A stretch of DNA of 64,000 nucleotides, from NCBI RefSeq assembly GCF_021028975.2, contig NC_059427.1:152148001-152212000 (forward strand). The letters run 5' to 3'. A program made the position numbers and the translations under genes. The notes under the pieces were generated by a model. It saw only the letters and a list, made by a program, of their open reading frames with translations. It was not told the origin of the DNA and made no database searches. Below, piece by piece: positions 1 through 12,108 of this stretch. Positions within the stretch are counted from its first letter, which is position 1; each line of letters opens with the position of its first letter. This DNA comes from Sphaerodactylus townsendi (Eukaryota).

Positions 1-649
1 TGCTACTAAAAGAATATGGCTCTGCATGTCTGCTCAGAGATAAGTTTCAGTTTATTCTACAGGGCTTGTGTGTATGCAAAGTGTCATCATGTCCCTGCCA
101 ACTTATGGACACCCCATAGGGTTCTCAAGGCAAGAGACTTTGGCTATTTGTGCATGGAACCTCTCGCGACAAGCTCCCCTTCCCTTCAGGACAGTTTTTC
201 AATTACACAACAGGTTTGAAACATTATCCGAGTTAGATTTTCATTTACACAGCTGGTTGGTTCTGTGCTGTGCTGATGTGAATTTTGAAAGAGGAATTCC
301 CCCGAGATGCCGGAAACCTGGGCCCTCAAATGCCAACCCCCCTGCAAAAGCGAAAAGGATGCGCTGCTGCAGATTCAGGGGAAAAGGCAGGGGAAAGGAG
401 AGTGCAAAATGAATACCAGACACTGCAGAGAAAAAACCAGCAGATCAATTGAATGCAAAGCTTGTGGCGAGTTGTAAGTACGTAAATGGTCTGACACAGG
501 TGCTTTTCTATGCCTGCATCTGTATGGCAACCTTGGACTTTCTGAGTCACCTCCCATCCAAATACTGACCAAGGTCAACACTGCTTTGCTTTTGAGTTCT
601 GACATGATTGGGCTAGCTTGGGCTGTCCAAATCAGATCACAGAATTCAC

Positions 650-1190
650 TTTCACATATGTTCTAATTTAATTTCTGAGCATTCATCTGTGGGTGATATC
701 CATTCTTTTAACCATTTTAATCTAGCAGTTTGAATAATAAAGCTTGAAATTGGGAACTTCTAGTCTTCCTTTTGGTTTTTTATCATATCGATTGCTGTAT
801 CTAATTCTTGCTTTTTTATTTTGCCAAATAAATGTGTTACAAAGCATCTGTCATTCTATGAGAAGTTTTTCAGAGATTTTAGCTGGGAGATTTTCAGCTT
901 AAAACTATAGTTTTGGGAGAACCATCATTTTAACTATGTTTATACAACCAAACACGAGAATTGTAAAGTACTCCAGAACTGAATTTGTTTTAATTTCATT
1001 TGTACTGTAATAGAGTTACAGTTCATTTTTAACATATCTTTATTATTCACATTAAACCATATGCCTAGATATTTTGCTTGGTCTGTGGTTTTCAGGTCTA
1101 AGCCCCAATCTAAATTGTTATATACAAGCAGCATTGATTAGCAGCCAGGTGTTTATCAGCATTTGGATTTCACTGGGAAAATAGTCTGAA
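650..1190 (-). mobile_element. Degenerate L1/Tx1-like LINE fragment
   Basis: KYLGIWF RT-thumb motif followed by a decayed W..L.LS.LG...K-type block. Confidence 0.5.
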
Positions 1191-1850
1191 AATTTGTATT
1201 TGTATTTCAATTTATACATGCCCTATCCCCGTAGAGCTCAGGGTGGCTAACAACATGGCAAAACAATATACATTATAACAAAATAAATCCTAATAAAATA
1301 CATTAAGAACTAAAAAATATAGACCAGATTACAGATGGCAACTTAATCACATGAAGCCTAACAATTTGATAGTAACAATCCATGATGAATTGGTTGGCAA
1401 TCACATAACTAGATTCCATACCCGGCAATGGAGTGGACTGTTAATAATCCCTGTTGCCCCAGATGTTCCTTCCTGCCCTCCTCTGTTTTGCTTTGAGGCT
1501 ATTTATTTTGTATCCTATTCCCCTGCTGCCTGCTGGGGATTTCAGGAAGTCATACATTAATTCCTTTCTATTTCTGTCCTCTCAACATCCCTGTGATGAG
1601 GCTAAGTGTGTGTGTGTGTGTATAATCTGTTTGCTGTACATATTATCATCTAGGGTGGCCAGCTCTGGCTTGGACAATTCCTGGAGATTTGAATGTGGTA
1701 CCTGTACCTTCTGACGCTTCCATTTTTTCCCCAGGGGAACTGAACGATGTATGGAGGTCAGTTGTAATTCAAGGAGAACTCTGGGCTCCCCCTGGAGCTG
1801 GTAAGTTCTCTCTCTGCTTTGTGATATATGTATGGAATGTAATTTTCTCC

Positions 1851-2070
1851 CCTGACCTGGATAGTCCAGACTGGCCTGATCTTGTCAGATCTCAGAAGCT
1901 AGCAGGGTCATTCCTGGTTAGTAATAGGATGGGAGACCACCAAGCAATTCCAGGGTAGTTGGGCAGAGGAAGGCAATGACTAACCACTTCTATTAGTCTC
2001 TTGCCTTGAAAACCCTACAGCAGGGGGCGGGGGGTCGAACTTATTGGTTATGAGAGTCAGATATGACATA
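1851..2070 (+). mobile_element. 5S rRNA-derived SINE with a Sauria/Bov-B-like tail
   Basis: CCTGATCTTGTCAGATCTCAGAAGCTAGCAGGGTC..CTGGTTAGTAATAGGATGGGAGACCACC matches the 5S internal control region; followed by the GAGGAAGGCAATG..CTTGCCTTGAAAACCC tail. Confidence 0.8.
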
Positions 2071-5000
2071 AATGTGTCTTGGTCAGGCCAGGCCCAGGGG
2101 CAGAGGGTGGCTGTGTTGGCTATGAAGCCCCTGGCAGTCTTGTCAAACCAGATCAACACTTGTGGAGGGGTAGTGGCTGCCTTGGCTGTTGAGCCTGCAG
2201 CGGGTTTGCAAACCCAGATTGGAAAGGGGTGTGTGGTTTGCCAGGCCAGATTGGGAATGGGTGAGATAGGTGCCTAGACTGGCAAGCCTGCAGTGGGGTG
2301 ATGTGGGGTGTGTCTGGGCTCACCAAGCCAAATTGGGAGCAAGGGGAGAGGTTGCCTCAGCTGGCTCATAGGCCTGATAAACCATCTCAAGGGACCACAT
2401 TTGGCCCCCAGACCACATCCCTGCCCTACAGCGTTGACCTAGTAAGCTACTACATGACACATGTATAAAATGTGTAAAATGCTTTACACATTCTGCATTG
2501 TTTTACGTATCATGTCTAACACTTTATACTTTCTGTCAGATTGCTGTAATTCTAGTCCTAATGCCTTGCTTATTAGATGTCCCATCCTATGGTTGTATCA
2601 ATTTACACTACTTAATCCACCTTGTGTCTCAGTGAGGAAGTCAAACTAGGAATAAAGTGAGTAAATCAATCAATAACCAAGAGTGACTGACCCAAGGCCA
2701 ATGAATTTCATGGTGGGAGGGGAATGAACTTGGTTCTCCCGAGGCTTAATCCAGTACCTTCATGTGGTAATTCTCTTCCCTTTGCTTTGCAGAAATCAAA
2801 ACAAGACAAAAATCATGATCCAAATTATTTTTAATCCTCTTAAAAATTAATATATGCCATAAGGCACTTTTCTGGACAGTTTTCAAAATTGCAAACACAT
2901 TGGCTTGGATCCTAAGAATTTTTCTGTGACGCAATCGGCCACCAGACTCCGGGGGCAAAATTTCAGAGAGTCGAGCAGGCTGCACTAGGAAGCAGGAGGT
3001 TGGAAAGTTCCATTTTGCACATAAAACTTAATAACATAATATTCATTCCAATTGCAATATTACGTGAGTGTTATTGTTCTTAACTGCATTAAAATGTTTC
3101 ATTTTGTTTTATGCTATGTTTCATTTCAAAAGTATCAACTCTATTTGGGAGAGAGGGAAGTGTGGCAGAATGAGAGGGTATCACAATGTTAAACAATTTA
3201 AGATGCACTGCTCTAACCATTATGCCATCTTGTGCATCTCTACACCGGGGAAGGAATACATAAGGATCCACACCAGAAAAATTTACAGTGCAATCCAATG
3301 CAGAGTTACTCCAGTCTAAATCCATTGAAATGAAGTCCACTGAAATGACTGGAGTAACATTCTTTAGTTTTTCACTGTTAGTTTCCTCCTTAGTTGGGTA
3401 ACACTGGATTGAAATTTTAGGAGTGTCACCACATCTGGAAGTGACATCACATCCTCCCTGAATTTCACCCCTTTTAGGCACTATCCTCAGATTCTTCCAG
3501 CATTTGCCAAGGCAGTGCTGCTGGCAACCTAACTCTCATGTCTTCAGCAGAAAGAATGGCAAAAAATACCCTCTTCCTTTTGTTCATGGAAATCCATCCA
3601 CTGGATCCAAGCCATTACAAAGAAGACAAACATGGGTGATAGTGATAATAAAAGACAGTGGAATTAACCCCAAATGGAAACAAAGAGAAATAAAACGCTG
3701 CACATCCCGATTCTCATCACTATTGCCAAGTTAACAACTTTTCAAGTTTTCACTTTTTTGTATCTCAGAGATGCTTTATTAGGTGGGTCAGCTGTTGAGG
3801 ACAGTTCTACAAACTGGCCATAGAAGACCGGTTATCGCTAAACTTATTTACAGTCCCTAGCCCCAAAAGAATTTGCATTTGTATCCTTTAGTGGTTCTAA
3901 TAACTGAGACTATGTATTGGTCATACTAATATTATTTTGGGTCCCTGTTTGGATTCGACTAGAAATGTCATATCCAAAGCTTTTGACTGGCATAGCAGAA
4001 GAATGTTGGCATCTGGACTGCCCAAATGACGAAAAAGGTGGGGTGGGTGTGCAATCACAGCGTCCAGCCAAGACTGGCAGAATTTAGCAGACACATTCCA
4101 AAATCTTATACATATTTGTTTCCAACTATTTGGAGTAACCCGGTTTTCTGCATTCAGAATAAGCCCTTGATTCGGAATGACTAGACAGGAGTTGAATACA
4201 TGCATGAGTGGGTTTTTATAGATGAGCAAGTCATGATGATACTCTGTTTTTCGAAGCAGGCATAAATCAACTTCATCTTAAGGGAGAGCTAATATATAGC
4301 TAATAGATACATGTAGATATCTGCAGAAATCTAAATGTACAGAATGAGGCCAAACTGACCCTAAACAAATTCCCTGGCAAACCTGGCAGACCCTCATGTT
4401 TTTAGAAAAATCTGATATTTTTTTAAAAATATACAGGGAGGTTAAATTCTCTCCAAATAAAAATGTGTTGCCTGTGCATGCACAGATAACACACCAAGAT
4501 TCTGCAGTGGCAGTCATTGGGAGCTCCTCTGGGAACCTGGGAGCTGCTCCAAGACACTGCTGCAGCCAGGCCCAGAGGTGGGTGTTAGGGTCTGGAGCCA
4601 TACTGAATTTGATGATGGTGGCGGAGACTGAATTTCCTCCATGAGTCTTGCTGTCCATCCCATTTGTTGTGCTATATTGTGGTTGACCTTGAGCATCAAG
4701 ATGGGTTTGTTTAAGTGCACTTGGGTTTCTAACCTATTTATTTACTTCACTTATACCCCACTTTATGCCCTAGTGGGGCCCCAAAATGGCTTATCATATT
4801 ATCCCATTCTTCATTTTGTTCTCAAACCAACCTTGTGAAGTAGATTAGGTTGAGAATGAGTGTCTGGCCCAAGCTCAACCAGCAAGCATCCATGGCAGAG
4901 TGGGAATGTAAATCTGGGGCCCCTTCCGCACACGCAAAATAATGCATTTTCAAACCACTTTCACAACTGTTTTCAAGTGGATTTTGCCATTCCGCACAGC

Positions 5001-5273
5001 TTCAAAGAGCACTGAAAGCAGTTTGAAAGTGCGTAATTCTGCATGTGCGGAATGAGCCTTGGCAGGTCTCCCAGATCCTAGTTCCACACTGTAACGACAC
5101 CATGCTGCCTCTCATGCCTAGCTGGAAGGAGGGAACCGGTGGCAGGAAATAATATTTTTGTTTCTGGAAGAGGCAGGTAGAAGAGCTATGAACTGGATGG
5201 AGCAACTTGGGGGTTTGGGATCTCTTTCTCCCTTGTCTGGGCATCTTTGCCTTCACCTGCTTTCTACACTTAC

Positions 5274-5324
5274 AAATGAAACAAATACAGTTAAAATGCC
5301 ATCCATCTCCAGTGCTCTTCTCTT
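5274..5324 (-). other. Candidate 51-nt exon
   Basis: Acceptor TTGGTTCCCTTTAG|, donor TTT|GTAAGT; contains GAGATGG start context (MDGILTVFVSF). Confidence 0.3.
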
Positions 5325-6277
5325 CTAAAGGGAACCAACATAACAGCAGATGCCAGCTTTTGGTGGTGGAAATTGCTGTCAAATCACAGCTGACTTCTGG
5401 CGACCTCATAAGGTTCTCAAGGCAAGAGACATTCGGAGGTGCTTTGCCATTGCCTCCCTCCATGTGGGCTGAGAGAGTTCTGAGAAAACTGTGGCTGGCC
5501 AAGGACCCCCAAGAGGCTTCATGTGGAGGAGTGGAGAATCAAATACAGTTCTCTGGATTAGAGTCCATTGCTCATGTGAAGGAGTACAGAATCTAACCCA
5601 GATCTCCAGATTAGAGTTAGCCACTCTTAACCATTACATCTGCTTAACCACTTCACCAGCTTTACATCAGACAAAAAGAAGGTACCTAGAGCAGAACCAC
5701 TGAAGGCAGGGATGGGGAAGAACTGGTACTGGAGATAGTGCCCCTTCTACAGCAGAAATGTAGAAAAATCATTGTAGCAAAGGTCCGTTTTCAACGTCTG
5801 TATTCTCAGAGGAAGAGGGAAAGTCTTGGTCTATGCAAACCTCTCACCAATAGACCTAGAGAACAAATACTTCGGACACCCCCCCCCCCCAACAGCCACC
5901 CCAGACAGGTCAGAGCTTCTCATGGGAAAAGGGCAATGGAGAAAAATCTATTCAGGCTCAGAACAGAAGCTTCAGTGCTAAATATGGAGCTTACTACCCC
6001 TCCCTTGCCTCTCGCCCCACCCCACACTTCAGACTGTTTTACACTGATGAATGAGGCTTTGAGCATCCCCATGAATACAGAATGGAAGAAGCAGCGCATT
6101 ACTTTACACCCCAGGGGGATTCCCTTTTTGCCCCCTCCCCCCCTTTTTTAATTTGGCGAGAGATTTGCTAGACAAAAAGTTTGGACAAAGCCGGGGCTTG
6201 CTTCAGTTTAGAGCAGAGACGAAACCCTCAGAGCGCTTTCTCATTGTCTGCTCTCTACCCATCCCTGCTCGGCTTAC

Positions 6278-6469
6278 CTTCCTGGGTATCATGTGGCAGA
6301 GTATCAAAAGGGCCCTGTGTTGTCAGGGATCGGTAAAGGGCTGCTTTGTGCCTTCTCTGCCATGGATGAAGCAGGACAGGCCACGCTTGGTCTTTCTCAC
6401 TGTTACGGCAGCACCAATGTGCAACAGCTGTGGAAGTGAAAACAACAGTTTGCTCCAATGTGTGCTTGC
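6278..6469 (-). other. Candidate internal exon (192 nt; alternative acceptor at 6427)
   Basis: Acceptor TTTTCCTTGTTTCCAG| (second acceptor TTTTCACTTCCACAG|) and donor AAG|GTAAGC; non-repetitive sequence. Confidence 0.45.
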
Positions 6470-7569
6470 CTGGAAACAAGGAAAACGCCTTGCCCCTTTT
6501 AACAGAAGTTTAATGGGATGTTAGTTACCAGGTAAAGTTATTTACCTCCATGCTATGAAAACCTTGCACTGCCCATTTCCACGCATTAAGCCTCTGTTAA
6601 AGGGATAGGATATTTTATTTTCCCTTCCAGGCCTGCAGTCTAGCCAACATTACAGTGTCTCTAATGTGCAGCCTTATGCTTAAAATGCCATTAAAACCTC
6701 CTGAGGGTTGCTAGAGCAGACGAACGATTGCACAGAAAAGTCACGGATTGTATTGCTTTTTACGGCCTTTGAGTCCTACGATTCACAGCCCCCCCCCCTT
6801 CTGCACATACCTGCATTCTGAGAATTCATGCATCCCCTGAAAGCTGATGCCACAATACATCTGTTTAAACTTTAAGGTGCCACAACACTCCCTGTGGTAA
6901 GCAAAACAGACTGCTGTGGTGGCAGCTACGCTGCTTTTGTGAGTGCCAGGAAATTAACCACTCCATAGACATCTCACTGCTTCTCTTCCCCTTGGCTCTG
7001 AAGCGTTTGGCACCAGCTGTTTCACAGGAGACTACAGGGAGAGCTAGCTGGCCCATGGTTTGACCCAGTCTGGCAGCTTTGATGTTTCCTATTCAGGATT
7101 CTGGCACCGGGACTGAGCCTCTCCATAGAAGGCAGGCAAAGAGCAAGGCTGTGAGCATTTAGCAGAAGAGTTATGTCTCAAATGGGCTCCCAGCAAGGGC
7201 TGGCAGTGAATAAATAATCAGGGGATTCACTACAGCTTCAGGGAAAGATGTGAATGTCTGGCAGGAAGACACAGACAAATCTGTATGCACAGTATGAAAT
7301 TCTGTGACAAGGTGAAGGATCTGCACAAAATTAGCACATCAGTCAAATCTGACTGTGCTTGTTTATTACGTATAATTTATCCAAGAGCTGTCGTTCAGTT
7401 TGAAACTTTCTTCTTCAGTTCAGCCGATTAAATCCATTTGCAAATTAACAGTCTTCATCTGTGCCTTTTTGAGGGCAAAGGTAAACGTGGGAATCAATGC
7501 ATGGCTGCTCCTGAAAATGGCAACCATACTTTTGTTGTTGTTGTTTTGCCATCAATTCATATCTGGTGT

Positions 7570-7720
7570 TCAGAGGTGGTTCTGGTTTGCCATTGCCTGC
7601 CTCTACATCATGACCCTGGAGTTCCTTGGTGGTCTCCCCTCCAAATACTCACCAGGGTTGACCCTATTTAGTTTCTGAGATCTGACGAGCTCAGGCTCAC
7701 CTGGGCTATCCAGGTCAGGG
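7570..7720 (-). mobile_element. 5S-derived SINE
   Basis: Reverse complement of the same 5S head and tail. Confidence 0.8.
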
Positions 7721-7842
7721 TAATAACTAATCAATTTTTTTTCTGTCTCAGAGTGTCTGCTTCATTTCAAGATGGGTTTGGCCATATTGTCTGTGATTGC
7801 AGTGCATGTAAATATTTCCTCTGAACATCCTACTGATTTGAT

Positions 7843-8061
7843 TTGTCAAAGACTTTCACAGCCGGAATCACTGGGGTGCTGTGTGGTTTCTGGGCTGTAT
7901 GGCCATGTTCTAGCAGCATTCTCTCCTGACATTTTGCCTACATCTGTGGCATCCTCAGAGATCCTCAGAGATCCTCTGAAGATGCCAGTCACAGATGCAG
8001 GCGAAACATCAGGAGAGAATGCTGCTAGAACACGGCCATACAGCCCAGAAACCACACAGCC
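7843..8061. mobile_element. Penelope-like fragment in inverted (palindromic) configuration
   Basis: GCTGTGTGGTTTCTGGGCTGTATGGCC... is mirrored by ...GGCCATACAGCCCAGAAACCACACAGC; flanked by TCCTACTGATT direct repeats. Confidence 0.8.
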
Positions 8062-9135
8062 TCCTACTGATTGAAAGACCCAATCAATAATTTGACTCTG
8101 CACATGTTACTTGCATTGTGCATACTTGTATTCCAGTGATTTCTATTAAGCACACAGTGGCCTATGCACACAGTGTGCAAGGGATAGGGAGATCTGCTTG
8201 CCCTTAAGTAGTAATGTCAACTGTCTGGAAGAAATATCATGTCCCTTTAATAAAGGCTTAAAAATTTTTTTTAATTATTTGGTTCACTATTAATTTTGCA
8301 ATTAATTAAAGTGAATTCAATTAACCTGTCCTCCAAATCTCCATTCTGCTCTCTTTTGGGGGATATTGAAGAAAAAATATAATTTGGCTTAAGCGTGAGA
8401 TAACTTACAATTTAATAAATAAGACAAGGTCCCATTGTTAGATGAAAACGTGATCTCCAATATTTTCTTTGGCACTAAACTGAAAAATTGACACAATATT
8501 CCACCAGAACAAAAATGGTTTCCAAAAATGAAATTGCATTTGTGGGAAGACAATCTTACATGGGAGTGAGTTTATAGGAACACACACTGATTTCAATTGT
8601 GCACTGCTGATTTCTGTAGCCAACTATTCAAGCTGATACTTCTTCCTCTGCTTTGATGTGACTGTATATAAAGGAAAGAAATCTGGCTTTACCATGTGCT
8701 CTCTCTATTTAAATTATCTGATGGCCACGTAGAAAAGTGCTTTTGCATTCATTGATCGGACTTTCTGCATTTTTTGTATCACCTGCAGGCTCATGAGTTA
8801 TCTATGAAATCTGTTTTTAGTCTTCCACCCACTACTTTTTTGGGCAGTTAGCCACATTTGAGAATAGCAGCTCTTTTCCAGGTAAAACCTGAGCACATCA
8901 ACTGGGTAGCACTTCTCTGGACTGAACTGGACACGATGGTGTCCTCTTGGCTGCCATAAGAAGATTGTTGCCACTATATAACTTCATTTTAAAATGCTGC
9001 GAAGGCCTGATTCTAGTTGTTGTGGGGGAGGGAACTGGAGAGCCGCACTCCAGGCACTATCAGGATTATATCCTCCCGGCATTTTTAAACGACTTCAAAT
9101 GATCACCACAAGGACACCATCCAGGGGCGCACTGC

Positions 9136-9236
9136 CAGTGGTGGGATTCAAATGATTTAATAACTGGTTGTTTACAAGCACCATTTTAACAACCGGTTCT
9201 GCCAAAGTGGTACGAACCTGTTGAATCCCACCACTG
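9136..9236. mobile_element. 101-bp hAT MITE
   Basis: Perfect 16-bp TIRs CAGTGGTGGGATTCAA; a related element is at about 62112-62303. Confidence 0.85.
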
Positions 9237-9881
9237 CATACCGCCCACGGAGACATGTGGGGGCAAATGTTCCCGGGTGGGGATCGTTTGGTCATGTGGT
9301 GGGCGGGAAATTGCCCCCCACACCCCTCCTCCTTCCCTGGTGTCCGGGGCTAGGAGCAGCCACCCTGCCCCAGCCCTCACCCAGGGCCCCTGCAGAATGT
9401 CATTGTATGAGAGACTTACCCGAGGGCCAGGGGCCCGCTGGAGAGGAGAAAGAGAGCCAGAGATGTCAGGCTTCCGGGAGGAGGCTGACCCAGCTACGAG
9501 GAAGGAGCGACCATCACAGAAGTCACAGCAAGCCCCAAGACAGCCCCAGCGAGAACAGAGGGCCGGGCAAGAGGAGGGAAAGGCCAGGAATGCAGCAGCT
9601 TGATGTGGCAGTACCACAGGAGGGGGCAGGCTGCTTGCAGGGCCCCCAACTTAAGCCAGAAAGAGATGGGGCCCAGGGGCCACAGCCTGGCAGTGATTAG
9701 CGATATCAGAGCCAAACAAGGGGAGATCAGCCCTCCCCAAATGGAGCCCAGGGCAAGAAATGAGTTTTCTACTGGGTTGGGGGGGGGGGGGCGTCACCAT
9801 CACATCCAATTTGACCCTCTTTTTCATCTGGACAGCTACTATGAGGATGGGGAATAGTGAAACAGAAAGCCTTATCAGTTA

Positions 9882-9963
9882 TATTTGAATCCAGTAGCAC
9901 TTTAGAAACCAACATGATTTTGGGGGGTATAAGTTTTCGAAAATCAAAGCTCCCTTTGTCAGG
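9882..9963 (-). mobile_element. Short repeat of a second, probably Penelope-derived family
   Basis: TTTGAATCCAGTAGCACTTTAGAAACCAAC...TCAAAGCTCCCTTTGTCAG; related copies at about 19259-19330, 19725-19775 and 51705-51795. Confidence 0.55.
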
Positions 9964-9988
9964 AATGAGTAGGAATGAAGATCTCTGA

Positions 9989-10122
9989 GGCTCATTCGGC
10001 ACAGCATATTTATAACAAGTTGCAATCATTATAAATGAATTTGTTTTCCCTTTTTATAAATGGAAAACGAATTCATGTATATCAATTGCAACTCATTATA
10101 AATATGCTCTGTCGAATGAGCC
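9989..10122. mobile_element. PIF/Harbinger-type palindromic MITE
   Basis: TIR GGCTCATTCG / CGAATGAGCC, 3-bp TSD TGA, internal hairpin; related elements at about 4918-5058 and 55510-55657. Confidence 0.7.
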
Positions 10123-11684
10123 TGAGTCTTTATATCTGAGTCTCTAGGAGGGAGGGGTTTTTAAAGAAGGAACCAAAAATGCAGAGGTACAGTGTACATT
10201 GTAATCGGCTTGATTTGAGCAGAGGAGAAAGCACGGCCGCACCTGAAACGCAGCCGCCATTGCGGGGAGGGGGGGGGAGGGTGAGGGGCCCGGTGAAGGC
10301 TCTAGGCCTGTTTGCGCATGCACGGCCGATCCGCACATGCGCAGAGGGCCAGGCAGCTCGGGCCTGTCCTGCTCAAGCGCAGAGGCCCCCAGCTGATTGG
10401 TGGCGTGCTCTTGCGATGCGCGGGATCACATCTTCGGAGTGGACCGGAGGTAGGGCCTATAAAAAGCCCTGCCTCGTGGTCACTGGCCCTACTCCGCATC
10501 GGAATGTCGAGGGATCCAGAAGAGGACACGAGGATTTTTCTGGGTATGGTGGGGGGGGAGGAGATCCAATGGGACGTGGCAACGGCTGCAGGGCCTTAGT
10601 GGGGGCGATGGGTCTACATGGCCCCCCTTTTTATCTTGGCTTGTTTTCCCCGTTCACGGGGCTTCCATGGCCCGGCGCCAGCCGGGTCATTGGGCCGGCT
10701 GAGAAGCAAGCCAGCATGCCAGTAGGCCAGCGTGGGGGGAGACCTGGTGAGCTTGGCGGCTGGGCCTGCCCGGGCGCACATGGCACCCCCCCAGTTTGCT
10801 CACCAGGAACCCCCTCTCAGTTCCAGGGGGGGTTCTTTTGTTTGGAGGGTGGGTCAATAGGCTGATCCTGGCCTGGGTGGATGAGCAGCCTAGGTTGCCT
10901 GGGTTGGGGTGAACGATGCCACAGGAGGACAGTGGCATTTTATCCTTGAGCAGCGGGTTTGATTCCCCACTCATCAGGTGAGTGGCGGACCTTAAATTGG
11001 GGGACGCAGCTTTAATTGCATCAGATCCAGAATCTCTGCGCTGTGGGCACCGTTTGCTTGCTGCATCAGGCTCTTTTTCATTGTTCTAATTGCAAGCTGC
11101 CTCAGGCAAGTCTGGGGAGAGGGGCATACACATTTCACAATTAAGTGAAAAGGTTGAATTATACAGTTTTGCGTATTAAACCACTACCAAAGGGACAGGA
11201 TATTTTTGTTCTTGGAAATCTTACGAATGATAATCACATAGGAATAAATGAGTGGCAGGAAGATAAACATTTAACCTAGAATATGAGCATACATATTTTA
11301 CCTATAAATATTTTACCTATATGGCGTCTTGCCTTGGGAGGCTACCACATCTATCTCATACTTACGGTCTTTCAAACTCCACATTTGCTTGATCTACTGG
11401 TGTCTGAGGATTTTCTGAACTGAAAAAGCTGTTACATTCAAAATGGGATGATCTATTTCTGAACAAGAAACATCATTTGGTTGTATCTATACTGGATGCT
11501 TTGTCAAGTGGAAGAAGTTCCTGAAAGCTAAACCATTTCCGGTATCCAGCTGGGGAGGTTGTCCGGTGGCTTCTTTTTTGCGGTGCCAGTAATTTGCTAG
11601 ACCATGTAACATACTGGTTTTTTTACTGGTCCTTCTGGGTCATGAAAGTCAAAAGGAAAGATTTAAAGATAACAGTAATATTGC

Positions 11685-11902
11685 GGTGCTGTGTGGTTTC
11701 CAGGCTGTATGGCCATGTTCTAGCAGCATTCTCTCCTGACGTTTCGGCTGCATCTGTGGCTGGCATCTTCAGAGGATCATCAGATGCCAGCCACAGATGC
11801 AGCCGAAACGTCAGGAGAGAATGCTGTGAGAACACGGCCATACAGCCCGGAAACCACACAGCACCCCAGTGATTCCGGCCGTGAAAGCCTTCGACAATAA
11901 AT
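11685..11902. mobile_element. Penelope-like fragment in inverted configuration
   Basis: About 90-bp inverted arms centred near 11778; flanked by AGTAATATTGC (11674-11684) and AGTGATATTGC (11903-11913). Confidence 0.8.
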
Positions 11903-12108
11903 AGTGATATTGCTTATATCAGTATTGTGGAGGCTGCTTTCATGGCTTTTGCATTTTAAGAGAAAAGCCAGCCCTCGATCCCTGTGGAGGGGTGTGGTGT
12001 GGAGTCTCCCCACCACTGCTCTCAGGGATCAGTGGCAGGCTTTCCCCTTAAAATGCAAACGTCATGAAAACAGCCTCCACAGTACTGATATAAGCAATAT
12101 CACTATTG
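11901..12108. repeat. Fold-back inverted repeat (about 85-bp arms)
   Basis: ATAGTGATATTGCTTATATCAGTATTGTGGAGGCTG... pairs with ...CAGCCTCCACAGTACTGATATAAGCAATATCACTAT. Confidence 0.9.

Noticed and set aside
1875-1956. Functional 5S rRNA genes
   Set aside because: All 5S-like copies are diverged, lack the proper 5S termini and oligo-T terminator, and are fused to a SINE tail.
6278-6363. MAEKAQ... as a DWORF/STRIT1-like micropeptide
   Set aside because: The frame stops after 19 aa and has no transmembrane segment.
10179-10865. 228-aa ORF
   Set aside because: Gly/Pro/Arg-rich product expected by chance in GC-rich DNA; no recognisable homology.
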